Origin: Octopus sinensis | Lineage: Eukaryota | DNA length: 64,000 nt | Assembly: GCF_006345805.1 (NCBI RefSeq) | Contig: NW_021836130.1 | Span: 62,001 to 126,000 of the forward strand | Reading direction: 5' to 3' | Part shown: positions 1 through 11,799 of the stretch, piece after piece | Layout of the letters: each line of letters opens with the position of its first letter | Numbering within the stretch: position 1 is the stretch's first letter | Notes under the pieces: generated by a model | The model's input: the letters and a program-made list of their open reading frames with translations, nothing else | Database searches by the model: none | Told to the model about the DNA's origin: nothing | Position numbers and translations under genes: made by a program

Positions 1-370
1 CTATACAACTCGTCAACATGGGGGATCTCGGAGACTGAACTGAAGACTATAGGCTCTTTTCACCGTAAACAACTACGTCTCTTACACGGAATATACTGGC
101 CATCAAAAATTAACAATCTATCTCTGTATAAACATTACGATGCTACCCCGTTGTCTCAAGAAATTGTTGGAGGCCGGTGGAAATTATTTGGCCATATTTT
201 GCGAATGGACCCCAGAGCTCCGGCCAATCGGGCAATGAACGATTATTTCTCCGAAAATGGAGACAAATATCGTGGAAGACCTAGATCCACTCTTCCGGCA
301 ATTCTGGAAAGGGATCTCAAACTTCATGGCAAAAGTTTCAAAAACTGGGACGACCTGGAATTCATGCCTA
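1..370 (+). mobile_element. RTE-like non-LTR retrotransposon, 3' fragment (post-RT region)
   Basis: Translation RWKLFGHILRM..PA..AM..YF...RGRPRSTLP is the typical RTE-clade C-terminus; truncated by the window edge. Confidence 0.7.
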
Positions 371-519
371 GGGGAGTAAAATCAGAAATTTTATTATTCG
401 TTTCTAAAAATAAATACATCATTTTACTTTCAAGTTCATCTTCTACAAACGAGACCTCATATTTTAATCTAAATTATAAATGAGCTTATAACTTGTATTT
501 CATGAATCACACTGTTAAT

Positions 520-730
520 TCCAGAAATAATCCCAAACTTTTTGAAAAGGGTCTCATTGATCGCCGAGTAATGTGTCGTATTATAGGAAAAAGTAACTTT
601 GTCTAAAAATTGTTGCCAATTTTTAGTTCTTTTTTTATCCAATAGTTTTGGCATAGCTCGTGTCAATGTTTGATTAAAGCGTTCAATTAAACCCTGATTT
701 ATTTCAAATTTTATAAAATTGTGACTGAGC
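520..730 (-). mobile_element. LTR-retrotransposon (Gypsy-like) integrase core fragment
   Basis: NQGLIERFNQTL...WQQFLDKVTFSYNTTHYSAINET matches the rve integrase C-terminal half. Confidence 0.65.
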
Positions 731-1250
731 ATGAAACCTGAGTGTGCGTGTCGTAGGCTACAGGTTGCTGTGGATGGACTTGTAAACTGGTGTGGGAGTA
801 GGGGTCTAAAGATGCGTGCGGACAAGTGCAGTGTTCTCAAAGTCTGTAAAAGGACGAGGGGTTACACTAATTACGCCCCTAGGTTATTGCTGAACGGGTC
901 AGCAATTGCTCAGTTGATCGGATGACTTATTTGGGCATGCTCTTTAAGCCGTCCGGTAAGTTTGATGATCACATTGCACGTACGAAAATGCGTGCAATGC
1001 AGCGATTAGGCGCGTTGCGTGCTTTCCGGCTGCGGAGAGGTGCTTAGCTACGTGTGTTTAACGCCATAGTGTTACCCGTGTTGACCTATGGCGTACATGC
1101 CTGGCACTTCTGATTGTTTACGTTCTTCTGCGAGGACCGGGAGAAGTACGTTGACGCGCTCAAGAAAGTCAGAAGACGAGCCATCCGGCTAGCCCATGGC
1201 TTAGGATGGCGAGTAGAGCTCTCGGACACCCAGGAATTGTCCCTCAAAGG
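731..1250 (+). mobile_element. Degenerate non-LTR retrotransposon RT C-terminal fragment
   Basis: LQVAVDGLVNWC..RGLKMRADKCSVL, TYLGMLF, F.AIVLPVLTYG, LKKVRRRAIR spread across frameshifts; GC-richer than flanks. Confidence 0.65.
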
Positions 1251-1564
1251 CTTCCCTAGGGTCTTAGAAAAGATAATGTCTGGGTGGCAGGTAAGGCGAT
1301 AAGTCTTAGTGCCGAAGATAGCATTTTTTTCAACCAAGTCATTCAAAGAGCTATTACTCGATTTTTTGTAAGGACCATCTCCTTGTTTGTAAGAAACACA
1401 GGATAGTCTTTGTAAGGAACGCAGTGACAGTTTTGTTTTTGTCAGAAAATTACTGTTTTCCCAAGCCTTCTCTTTTTCAAAACGAAAGATCAGAGATTTG
1501 TCAGATTGTTTACGTTCTCACCGATCTGAAATTCAAAATCTTGAACGGTCAAAAATTTTAAAAA

Positions 1565-2502
1565 CTAAATATTATTGATTTGAAGTTTGAAAAATAAACA
1601 TAGGATTCAATTGTTTCAGCACACTTTCCATGTCAATTTAATTTTTTGGTGTAAAAAATGAGGCTTTTCCTTTTTATGCCCCGCAACCACTGAAGGTCGA
1701 TTTGTTATCGAGTAGTCGCATTTATATGCTTTTTGTTGTTTTTGTTGTGATAGGCACGTTTGATTTTATGAATTTCTATCCATATGGCCATACGGCCACT
1801 TATTATTTACTATTAAATTACAAGTAAAGTGCTAATCACTGACAGTTTTAGTCTGCTACAATATTTTAATTTATTCGTCAATCTTTAGTTAATTCTTGCA
1901 AATGAGCTGTTTTATTTCCAATTCAGATTTTTCGTATTTATTAAACAAATTTATAATAATATTTACAAAATCGGTATTGTTCTTTTTTTTAGTTTTAATT
2001 CTATTAATTTATTTAGAGCTTTATGCTAGAGTGAACTCTTTTTCTATGCTGAAGATATTGTCATTGTTGCTAAAAACAGATTTTATGAAAACCCATCCAA
2101 AAGAGCACAAGGAATACTTTATTCATTAACTGTTTGGTTTAAACAACTACAGCCTGGCGGATTGCCAAACTGTTCCCCCGGATAACGGCGATCGAGAACC
2201 GTTGCAATAGCCAGTCTACCTCCCGAGGATGGTGGGTACAGACTAAAACTGACATTAATTAAAATGTTCTAGCAGACTAAAACTGACATCGATTAGCTTT
2301 TTTCTTGTAATTTAATAGTAAAGAATAAGTGGCCGCATGGCCATATGGATAGTGTTCTATAAACATGTCACAGCAAAAAGCATTTAAATGCGACCAGTCA
2401 AGTTGAAAGCGGCCTTCAGTGGTTGCGGGGCATAAAAAGGTAAAGCCTCTTTTTAAACACTAAAAATTCAATTTTTAAACTTCAAATTAATTATAATAAC
2501 TA
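1565..2502. mobile_element. Foldback/MITE-like element with long imperfect inverted arms (about 1565-1890 and 2238-2502)
   Basis: ttttatgccccgcaaccactgaagg (about 1672) is the reverse complement of ccttcagtggttgcggggcataaaa (about 2413); cagttttagtctgcta pairs with tagcagactaaaactg. Confidence 0.8.
2139..2238 (-). mobile_element. 3' end fragment of a CRE-like RLE retrotransposon ORF inside the foldback element
   Basis: Minus frame HPREVDWLLQRFSIAVIRGNSLAI matches EPREKQWLFQRISIAILRGNVFSI of the element at 57673-58398. Confidence 0.75.
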
Positions 2503-3089
2503 GGGCGATTCTATTAAGCTAAAAAATAAAAATTTTAACCAAAAACTAACTTTATTGACCTAAAAGCTAAAAAAAATTAACCAAAAAATTTAACTTAGTA
2601 ACTAAACAATTTTTTAGTTAGAACTTGCAACTAATACTTTTTCTGTAAATATTTTATTGTCTAGTTTTTGTCAATTGTCTTTTTTATTCTAAAATTACCT
2701 ATTTCGTTCCATTTTATAAAATTTGAACAGAAAGACTTTAAAATCTGAAAGTTATGAAATTTATTATATAATAATCGAATAGTTACATAACAATTAATAT
2801 AAATTCAAGTATCGGTAGTTAAATACATCCTGTTAAATTTGAATATAGTTTTATCAACACAAGTTAATTTAAAATTCTCCAGGAGCCATCTCGTCTCCAG
2901 AGGATTGTGTGTTCTCAAGGTCTCGAGACGTCCAATACACTTGAGGAAGCACAACGACTCCTTTCCAATCAATCCCAGGGTTTCGACAGCAACCGGCCAG
3001 AGGAGTAACCAGTTTAGAGATTTAAAATTCTTTTATTAAAAAATCATTCGTAACATAATAACATTCTAAATATACATTGAAAGAACATA

Positions 3090-3975
3090 AGCTGCAAATA
3101 CAATTCAAGGATTCATTTTCATAAATGAATCAATTTTTAATTTATCATATTAAAATCAAAAAAACGTATTTATTAATCAAATGTGACAAATTCAAAGAAA
3201 CAAACAAACCATTCAAACAATATAATTTATTTGATATAATGTTCTCATAAAAAACGACATAATCCAACTTGTATTCCATCATTAATTTCAATTGAATAAA
3301 TTATTTTTATATGAGTCAATAATTGTGTAGTATAAATTTGAAGGTAAATATTAAATCTGCAACAAATAAACAACAATCGGTATTAATAGGAGTATTAGCA
3401 CCATCAGTATGCATAAATTGAGATCAACAAAACAAATTAATAACTGAATCACTATCGACAATCTCCTCATAGTTTTCCTTTATCGTATCTTCGTCCGCCT
3501 TATCTTCACTTTTTTTTGAATATTTATAGAATCCGATTTTCTTTTTAAATTAAATGAATATATTTGTGATGAGGTCGGCCAGAACAGTGAATTTTGTGAT
3601 TGTAGTCTCCGTACAATTTTTCATGCATTTTTGATTAGTTTTTAGAGTGTTAATACGATTGATTTTTCATATGCTCCCAGTGCCTAATTTCAAATATGTC
3701 CAACATACCACAGAGTCTGGGATAGGATTAGTGCGTCTATTGTCGCTCATGTGGATAAACACGGGGAGATATTAGATGTCACGTGTGTATGTCGTGTGTG
3801 TATGGAATTGACAGTTCTCGCTAGAAACAGCAATCGAGCTTCTATGTAAATTATAAAAGTGAGTGTTGGCAACGGCAAAGGAAAGGAATGTCTGATAACT
3901 TTCGTAGCAGTTATTAAAATTGGTGTATTATTTGTATTGACGTTATAGAATGATGTAATTTTATTGAATTAATAA
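3090..3975. repeat. Dispersed repeat, copy 1 (empty-site paralogue of the R4 target)
   Basis: 3090-3137 and 3632-3975 align with 7307-7610 plus 11241-11322; a short related piece lies near 29430-29480. Confidence 0.85.
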
Positions 3976-4506
3976 ACAATGTCATTTTATGCAATTCAAC
4001 AACATTAAAACTGCCAAATGATCCTGGAAAGTTTGTCGTTAATGCTAGAAATAATATTTTAAAAAATGCAATATAAAAAAAATTGATTCATGTTGACAAG
4101 ATTTTCATTATTAAAAAAATTTGTGAATCGTCATAGCCTCAATCTATAAAAAATTAGCTACCGTTAATATGGACAAAAATCATCGATTCAACATACCTGC
4201 TAGTAAGATAGCTAAGCCAACCGAAAATTAGTTCTGATCTTGACAGCATTAAATAAGAATAATTATTTTACTACATAACTCGCTGTCTGTCCTCGTGGAA
4301 TAAAACCAGAAACAACGCTAATCGTTACAATAAATATTTTTTATTTGAATGGTTTTTATATTAATCCAGCAAGAAAACAATAGTCCTTACCGAATGGAAA
4401 AAATGTATAATCGGAAATTCATCGCTTAACAGGCAAACAACTAAAAAAATACTCGGTATGAATATTAATTGAGGCAATTATTAGAAGACATTAAACTTTT
4501 AAATAG

Positions 4507-6428
4507 TTAATTAGTAAATTCCGAAAAACTGTCAAACGCAATCTTGATTTCTGTGTCAATTTCTTCAGCAATTCCGTACAAGTGTAAAAACCCATGAGGA
4601 AATCCGTCAATGACGCGAAGCTGAACATTGTGACCAATATCATAAAGACGCTTTGCCATAAAAATCGAATCATCCAACAATGAGTCATAACTCCCCACCT
4701 ATTCTCGGTTATTAGGGCTTAATACAAATATTCTAACAGGAGGCAATGTCCTCAGTATTTCATCACTGAAATTAGCTGGAGAGACCCAAGGGTCGTTTCT
4801 AATGTCCTCGTCCAGAATTTTGGATGCAACGTCGCCTATCCAATACCCCAGATTGTATTTGGACAACATGGAATCGATAGTGTCCGAATCAAAACCAGAA
4901 AATTGAGGAACTCGCTGGTTTTCGGAACGAATATCAACCTTCAAATATGCTGCCAAATTTTCAATAAAAAGAACCAGAAATAGCAGCATAACTTGACGAA
5001 AATGAGACAACAAAATCAACAACTGAGAGAAAACGAGAAGGAGTTGCATTCAATGACAGTGAAAAGTAAGGATATGCCCAAAAAAGCACATCTGGCTTAC
5101 GTAGACCTTCCATTATAGTTTTAGCCGCAACTGTCAACACCAAATTCGCACCCGCACTATCACCGAACATAATAATTTTTCGACCTCTAGTGCCTATATT
5201 TATTAATATAATTTAACATACCAAGAAATTTAAGATTTTCAAGGGCCCATTTGTAAGAATAGAAACATTGATCAATCGCCTTTGGGAATGGAGCCGTTGG
5301 AGCAAGCGAGTAGTCAACAGAAAGAATGGGCAAATTGGTAGCTCGACTTAACGCAGTCAAATATGTCTATAAATACGAAATAAGAGACCACCAAGTGACT
5401 GGCAGATGTATGGGCGATGAACCCTCCCCCATGGAAGTGAATTATTAAATCGTCAGAAATATTCTCCGACACACTTTCTTTATCAAAAAACTAATAAAAT
5501 CACAACAAATAGAGAACATTGTAAGATATAAGTCGGACAGACACGGGATCCCCCTCAGGAGGGTGTATCAAAAATAGGTCATTGATTTTTGGGGAATGAA
5601 AACCATCGAACAATTTATTAAATGAAAGGCGATTCAAATTGTTAAGAAAAAACTTGAATAAGAACTAGAAATACAGTAAACAGTGGTTTTTCAGTTAAAT
5701 TCCAAACATCAGTAACTGCCTGCAAGTTCACAAAATTATTAAAAAAAGCAATCTATGTGAATAAATGAATAAAAACAAATTTCGATCTGAGAAAATAGTC
5801 GGAGTTGGTCAATCTTGCAATGTCGAACATACTTGATAAAAAATTACCTTTCGTCGCCGTATTTTTGACTCGACAGGCCACAAAAAATGAAGCCAAGAGA
5901 TTTAAAGGTTTGTGGAAGGCACTTGGAAACTCGAAAATTATCAATCAATATTACAAAAAATGCCATTTTTGAGCGAAAAAATACAGTTTGGTCAACTTGG
6001 TTTATCTTTTCGATTACTTGCTCCATTTGCCGAGGATTGGAGCTGCTTGTATTTGGAGACACAAGTAGGTCCATCACATCAGCCAGTTTTAGCATCTGTT
6101 CTAGAATATCAACGTGCTGACGTAGATTATTTGTTTGGGCTTTGCTGTTGTATTTTTCTGTGGATATTTCGACGGTTATGTCATAGATTGGTTTGATTGA
6201 CTTATCCAAAATAGAGAAATAACTTCGAAGGCCATTGAAAGGAATTGATGGATGACAGTCAAATTGAGGAGCCTTTTCGTAAAGGTCAAAAAGTTTTTTT
6301 TCAAGTTCCGTATCAAAAAAAATATTTTGAAGACAAGTGGAAATATGATTTGGTACCCTTTCTAAATTTTTATCATCTTTTATGAATTCGCGAATGCGAG
6401 AGAATAACACAGCTGTATTTGAGGTCAT
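4507..6428 (-). CDS. LIPE: Hormone-sensitive lipase (multi-exon, micro-introns)
   Basis: Spliced product contains HSL N-terminal WNLTE, HFHGGGF, FGDSAGANL, DPWVSP, D(S)LLDDS and PHGFL. Confidence 0.85.
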
Positions 6429-7306
6429 TAAATGAGAACAGTATAAATTTAATTCTTATAATTTAATGTAATAAAAATTATGATAAAGTTAAATAAAAAT
6501 AACTAATTCATATCAAATTAATAAAAGATGGAATTCTCAACTTTTACGTCATTTTTGTGAACTATTCTTATTATTTCTGCAAAAACTTCTTCATCCTAAG
6601 ATTTTTAGAGTTGAGAGTCTTTCTGTTCATTTTTTAACCTCCTTTTATTGTCCTCGTCATGTCATTCGTTAAAGCGTCGTTCTTTGAATTCTTCATCAAA
6701 TCATTGACCTCAATCTTGTAATGTCGAACAAATCATTGACCTCAATCTGCTGACAGTCATCTTTGTCATCCACCCACAGCTGTACTCAACTCGAATACTT
6801 TCTGGGATCTTTTTTATTAAACCGGTCTTTTGTAGAATTCTAAAAATAATCACTGATGAGCATTCGGTCACATTTTGTAGCCAAATAATCAATGTTTTTT
6901 ACAATGTTGGAATGAGTGCACTTTAATTCGGTTTTTCGAAAAATAAGTTCCGATCTCGAACAAACGTAGCATTTCTTCACATATAAACCACCGGAAAGAC
7001 TCAGTAAGCTTCACATTTGTATTCATTAGACAATTAATAAATCTTTCCACAATCTCTTCTTCAGACTTTTATAAAGAGACTTTCAGTTTAAAGAAATTTG
7101 AACGATTTTAGGATAAAGTTGCAAGTTTTTTAAAGTCTTTATTTTACGTCCTATTTCCTTAAAAAACCAAGTATTAAATTTAGTGTCAATCAAGTTAAAC
7201 TGTTAAAAAACATTTTTTGCAGCAAAAATAAAATGGCTGTTTGCTCTGAATTGAAAATGCCGGAAATTCAACAAAATTCTCAACACAACAATCTTCTCAA
7301 CAAAAG

Positions 7307-7610
7307 TTGCAAATACATTTCAAGGATTCATTTTCATAAATGAATCAATTTTGGATCAGTTTTTAGAGTGTTAATACGATTGATTTTTTTATATGCTCCC
7401 AGTGCCCAATTTTCAAACATGTCCAACATACTACAGAGTTTGGGATAAGATTAGTGCGTCTATTGTCGCTCATGTGGATAAACACGGCAAGATATTATAT
7501 GTCACGTGTGTATGGAATGAATTGACAGTTCTCGCTGGAAACAGCAATCGAGCTTCTATGTAAATTACAAAAATGAGTGTTGGCAACAACGGAAGAAAGG
7601 AGTATCCAAT
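7307..7610. repeat. Dispersed repeat, copy 2 left part (continues at 11241-11322 after the retrotransposon)
   Basis: Aligns with copy 1 but lacks about 500 bp internally; interrupted at the TSD. Confidence 0.85.
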
Positions 7611-10600
7611 TGATATTAGTCTATTATTAAAAGAAACAAAATTTAACTTAAGCTAGACTATTTAATTTAGATTCTCAGTCCCGCTTATTGGAATCTTTCT
7701 CCTCCTTTTAGGAGAAGAGCTTGCAACCAGTTCCTTCTCACTCTCCATCTCCCAGTCAGATAGATTTTCTATTTGTCTCACATCTTTCACCGGCGTGTCA
7801 CGGCAGCATGCCACTTCTGCAAGCTGGTAAGCAGCAGAGGCGTATTCTTCGGCAGATACTCTCACTCCATGTCTGTGTTCAACTACCATGCTTTCTAGAG
7901 TCCTTTTTAAAACGACAGATTGAATATAAGTTCTTGTGGCTTTTTCGATCGATAATTTGTCCATATAGTTTTTGAAATATCTCGAAACAACACCGTCCCA
8001 GGTCAAGACAACCGGGATAATCTTTACCTTTGCATCATAAAGTATCGAAAGTTCGTTTGCGAGCAGATCATATTTACGAAATTTCTCGATTTCGACTTGT
8101 TTGAGGCGATCTTGTGACGTGATGCCAACTTCAATTAAGGTTATCTCTTGTTTGGTTTTGTCATACACGAAGATATCTGGTTTGTTGGATTGAACTTTAG
8201 TTTCCGTCATGATTGACATATCGACTCTGATTTCAACATTCTGCGTCGATAATATGGACTGAACAGAATGAGTCTTTAATTTGCTTCCTCTCTTAATACC
8301 GTAGGTTCGACACAAATGAAGGTGAATGCACTTCACAACTTCATTGTGTCTCCGCAGATAATCACTGTTTAACATCTTTCCACACTGCGTAGCCAAATGA
8401 TCAACTGTTTTCTTGCATTTTTTGCAGTGACTGCATAAAGATCCCATGGATGTGAAGAACAAATTCCTATCCTGCAAGAGACAGTACAATGCTTCACTCC
8501 GTGGACCATTATTTCCTTTAGATAACCACTCTGAGGATGTGGCTAGATCAACATTTTGTTCGTCCATGCATTTGAATAGAACCGAATGTAGCATTTTACA
8601 ATTGATGTTCTTAAGCAAATATTTTCTTTGAGCATCTTTGATAAATTCAACACCCAAATTCTCCATGTCGAGAATTGCATACTTGGAGGCGAGAAATCCT
8701 GCAATTGTGGCCATATGCCATTTATTTATTTGTATCACACGCAGGATTCCCGATCTCCGTAAGCATACTGTCGACTGTCTTTCTAAACTTTTCATGAACT
8801 GGAAAAGTATCAGTTCACTTCTGAAAGAGACTGAAGCAAGTCCTCTCCCAAGAGATTTCCGATTTAAATATAACCTCTCTTTATTTGCAGGTTTGAGATG
8901 GAGTCTGAGAGTCGTAAGAAGTTGTCGTATTTGACGGTCAATACAATCAAATTCATGAGGTTCAATATTAATGAGTCCAATGTAATAATTATATAGAGAA
9001 ATGGCATGTTCATTTATAGCGTGGAATAAATTTACCGCATTTAATTTCGTCTTTGAAAGCATGGTTATCCTTTCCTTTACATTTCCAAGGATAGAATCCA
9101 TTACTTTACTCTTAAGAACATTACTTCCTGCATCTTCAAGTACACCCAAGTAGCGATATCCTTTGACTCCTTCCAAAGTCTCACAACAAGATAAAGATTT
9201 GACATTTGATGCAGACTTTTCTGAATTCATCTCCAAGCCAACAGTTTTAAAGAATCCATCAACAGCTTCCATCATTTTAATTACTACATCTTCTTTAAGA
9301 GCGAATATCTTTAGGTCGTCAATGAAGAACAAATGATTAGTAGAATAGGTCAACATATTTGGGTCCTGTTGATTAATCTGAACCTTTGGAAACATGGCAT
9401 TAAGAATCCTGCTTAGTGGGTCCATCACCATAACAAACAGTTGCGGAGATAACGAGTCTCCTTGTAAAATCCCTCGGCTCAACTTTACAGAACCAATTCT
9501 CCTTCCGTCAACATGGAGCTTTACAGTCCACATTCGTACAGTCCTTTTCACAAAGTTAACAATCCATACAGGTATCCCAGAGCACTCCAACACATGAAAT
9601 AGAAAGTCGTGGTCAACAGAATCGAAAGCCTTCTTGACATCAATCCATGCAGAGTATAGCCCATTTCCATACTCTTTATTTAGGCATTGGTTAATAAGGG
9701 CCTGTTCTTTAGCACCCTGACACTGTCTCCTCGTACCAAGTTGATTGTCGGAAATTAAGCCAAATACATCCATGAACTCAGACAGTTTTCCATTAACACA
9801 CTTGGTAACTAACTTATAAAGTGTCGACATGCATGTTATAGGCCGTAAATCTTTCGGGGTCTCACAATCGTTCTTTTTAGGAATTAGATATGTAATTCCA
9901 GTATAAAACCAGTTTTCTGGCATGTAATCACCGTTGATTATTTTCTTGATTTCAACACATAAAAATTCATGCAGAGATTCTAGTCTTTTAATGAAGAAAT
10001 TATATATTCCGTCACATCCCGGTGCCTTCCAGTCAGGAAGATATTTAATGATCTCCATTATGTAATTATTTGTTAAATCTGGCAACATGTCTTCACTGCC
10101 GGTTATTCTTTTACTAACATTGTCCAGTGACACGGATATTTCGCGCCTTTTGCTCCATACTTTTTCCCAGAACGACATGCACTCCTCATCGTCAAAAGAG
10201 TATGTTGTGACTTCATTACTCTTTGATAAGTTTCTGTAAAATCTTCTTCTGTTTAGTTCGAAGCAAACATTGTCCTTACGGAAGTCCTTCCTCGAGTTAT
10301 ATACAGCAATTTGTTTTTTCTTAACTCTGATTAGGTCATGTAGTAAGGATTCGATTCTCGAAAGCTCTCCTTTTTTCTTCTTTTTATATCCATAACGACA
10401 TAGAATATCCATCACATTTTGTTTTTCACACTGTGGCAGAGCCTGTCTTACGTAACAATTTACAAGTTCTAGTTCTGCGGATAATTTTGAGATCTTCGCC
10501 TCGGTATTTCCCAACCATGTGGTCTGTGGCTTAACTTTCTTAGTTAAGACTGAGTAGGCACACTGGGCAGCATATAAAATATCACAAATTGCATTGATAT

Positions 10601-11240
10601 CTCGAGGTGGATCGTCCTTTGTAATATGATATATTGCAGAGTTTAATCCCATTAAAATATCAGCTTTGACATATTTTCTTGGAATTTTCCATGTAGGCTT
10701 ACGAGCCTCTCTCGGTATCGATTTAACTTCCTTAATTTGGAAATTAATCTCTTCCAGGCAATTTCTGAAATTGGAGATTTCCACTTGTTCCCTTGTTGGG
10801 AATTGTTTGCTATTAGATCCACCAGCTTCATTATTGTTACCAACTACTGGTTTGAGATTGGCCATATTTTTCAATCTGGTTAGACTCGTACTCTCAGAAA
10901 ATTTCACGTTGAACTTTTCAAGGATAAAACTCCAGCCACCTCTGGGTATTCTCCCCAGTCTTTGTCTGGTGGCATGAACAGCCTGTGACACCCATTCATT
11001 CTTAGAGACACAATCGACATCCTCAATAATGGCAGAAAGAGTGTGAAAGTTAGTATTGGCAACACGACTTCCAAACGTAGGGTTATTGTTTATATAAGCT
11101 CTTGTGGCATTATCCAGCCCCAGAGACATCGTTCCTGCATCCACCATATCTTTTTTATAATTTACTTCTGCAGGAGGGCCCATGGGATTCATTTTCTTCT
11201 TATCGAGAAAAACGGACATGAACAGCACCACAACAACACT
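7611..11240 (-). mobile_element. Intact R4/Dong-clade RLE non-LTR retrotransposon with 13-bp TSD AGGAGTATCCAAT (7598-7610, 11241-11253)
   Basis: Exact TSD on both sides, single uninterrupted ORF, 51-nt 3' UTR with no poly(A). Confidence 0.92.
7662..11219 (-). CDS. Retrotransposon ORF: reverse transcriptase, CCHC knuckle and restriction-like endonuclease (about 1185 aa from the first ATG inside the element)
   Basis: KAPGCDG, RPITC, DVKKAFDSVDH, QGDSLSP, FIDDL, YRYLG; CSHC..KTVDHLATQC; RRHN; KPDI..IEV. Confidence 0.93.
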   Translation of the reverse strand: MSVFLDKKKMNPMGPPAEVNYKKDMVDAGTMSLGLDNATRAYINNNPTFGSRVANTNFHTLSAIIEDVDCVSKNEWVSQAVHATRQRLGRIPRGGWSFILEKFNVKFSESTSLTRLKNMANLKPVVGNNNEAGGSNSKQFPTREQVEISNFRNCLEEINFQIKEVKSIPREARKPTWKIPRKYVKADILMGLNSAIYHITKDDPPRDINAICDILYAAQCAYSVLTKKVKPQTTWLGNTEAKISKLSAELELVNCYVRQALPQCEKQNVMDILCRYGYKKKKKGELSRIESLLHDLIRVKKKQIAVYNSRKDFRKDNVCFELNRRRFYRNLSKSNEVTTYSFDDEECMSFWEKVWSKRREISVSLDNVSKRITGSEDMLPDLTNNYIMEIIKYLPDWKAPGCDGIYNFFIKRLESLHEFLCVEIKKIINGDYMPENWFYTGITYLIPKKNDCETPKDLRPITCMSTLYKLVTKCVNGKLSEFMDVFGLISDNQLGTRRQCQGAKEQALINQCLNKEYGNGLYSAWIDVKKAFDSVDHDFLFHVLECSGIPVWIVNFVKRTVRMWTVKLHVDGRRIGSVKLSRGILQGDSLSPQLFVMVMDPLSRILNAMFPKVQINQQDPNMLTYSTNHLFFIDDLKIFALKEDVVIKMMEAVDGFFKTVGLEMNSEKSASNVKSLSCCETLEGVKGYRYLGVLEDAGSNVLKSKVMDSILGNVKERITMLSKTKLNAVNLFHAINEHAISLYNYYIGLINIEPHEFDCIDRQIRQLLTTLRLHLKPANKERLYLNRKSLGRGLASVSFRSELILFQFMKSLERQSTVCLRRSGILRVIQINKWHMATIAGFLASKYAILDMENLGVEFIKDAQRKYLLKNINCKMLHSVLFKCMDEQNVDLATSSEWLSKGNNGPRSEALYCLLQDRNLFFTSMGSLCSHCKKCKKTVDHLATQCGKMLNSDYLRRHNEVVKCIHLHLCRTYGIKRGSKLKTHSVQSILSTQNVEIRVDMSIMTETKVQSNKPDIFVYDKTKQEITLIEVGITSQDRLKQVEIEKFRKYDLLANELSILYDAKVKIIPVVLTWDGVVSRYFKNYMDKLSIEKATRTYIQSVVLKRTLESMVVEHRHGVRVSAEEYASAAYQLAEVACCRDTPVKDVRQIENLSDWEMESEKELVASSSPKRRRKIPISGTENLN

Positions 11241-11799
11241 AGGAGTATCCAATAAGTTTCATAGCAGTTATTAAAGTTGATGTGTTATTTATAGTGACGC
11301 TATATTTATTGAATTAAAAAAATAATTTCTAAATGGCTATATCTTTCCATGGAGGCAGACTTTTCATCTGGGATGTTGTGTGCTTCAATACCTTTTTTAA
11401 AATGCCTCTTGAAAGGAATTAAAGTCGACCTTGAACAATGCTAAATTAATCGCGTTTGAGACGAGTTATGGTCAGAAATAAAAGGCATTTTTGAACTAAA
11501 GTCGTGAACGTATATTTTAAGCTATTCAGGATGGAGGATAGTCCGTAGAGATAACATTTTTGAAATTTCTGTACATTAATTTGATGTGTTTATATTTGTA
11601 GGGTAAATTTATTCGTTATTTGATTATAATTGATTTTTTTGTTTATAAATTAGCAATAGTCAGTCCACTTAGTTAGTTCACGAGCAAAAAAATTAAAAAA
11701 TTTAGTTAACATTATAAATTAAACAATTGAATTGAACACAATAAAGAAAGAGCCAGAGTTCTTTGATGTCTAAATTTAATTTTGAAAAATGTAACTTTT

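Noticed and set aside
2139-2245. GC-rich structured segment resembling a 5S rRNA fragment or HDV-like ribozyme
   Set aside because: It translates cleanly as the C-terminus of a CRE-like retrotransposon ORF (WLLQRFSIAVIRGN), and the ribozyme helices could not be completed.
3600-3990. Mitochondrial insertion read with TGA as Trp
   Set aside because: No recognisable mitochondrial protein motif, and the second copy has a TAG in the same frame.
6690-6750. Short tandem duplication caaatcattgacctcaatct
   Set aside because: A two-copy local slippage inside what appears to be decayed transposon sequence.
11220-11252. ORF-track start of the 1196-aa protein
   Set aside because: It uses a TTG inside the target-site duplication; the first ATG within the element is at 11219, with another at 11192.
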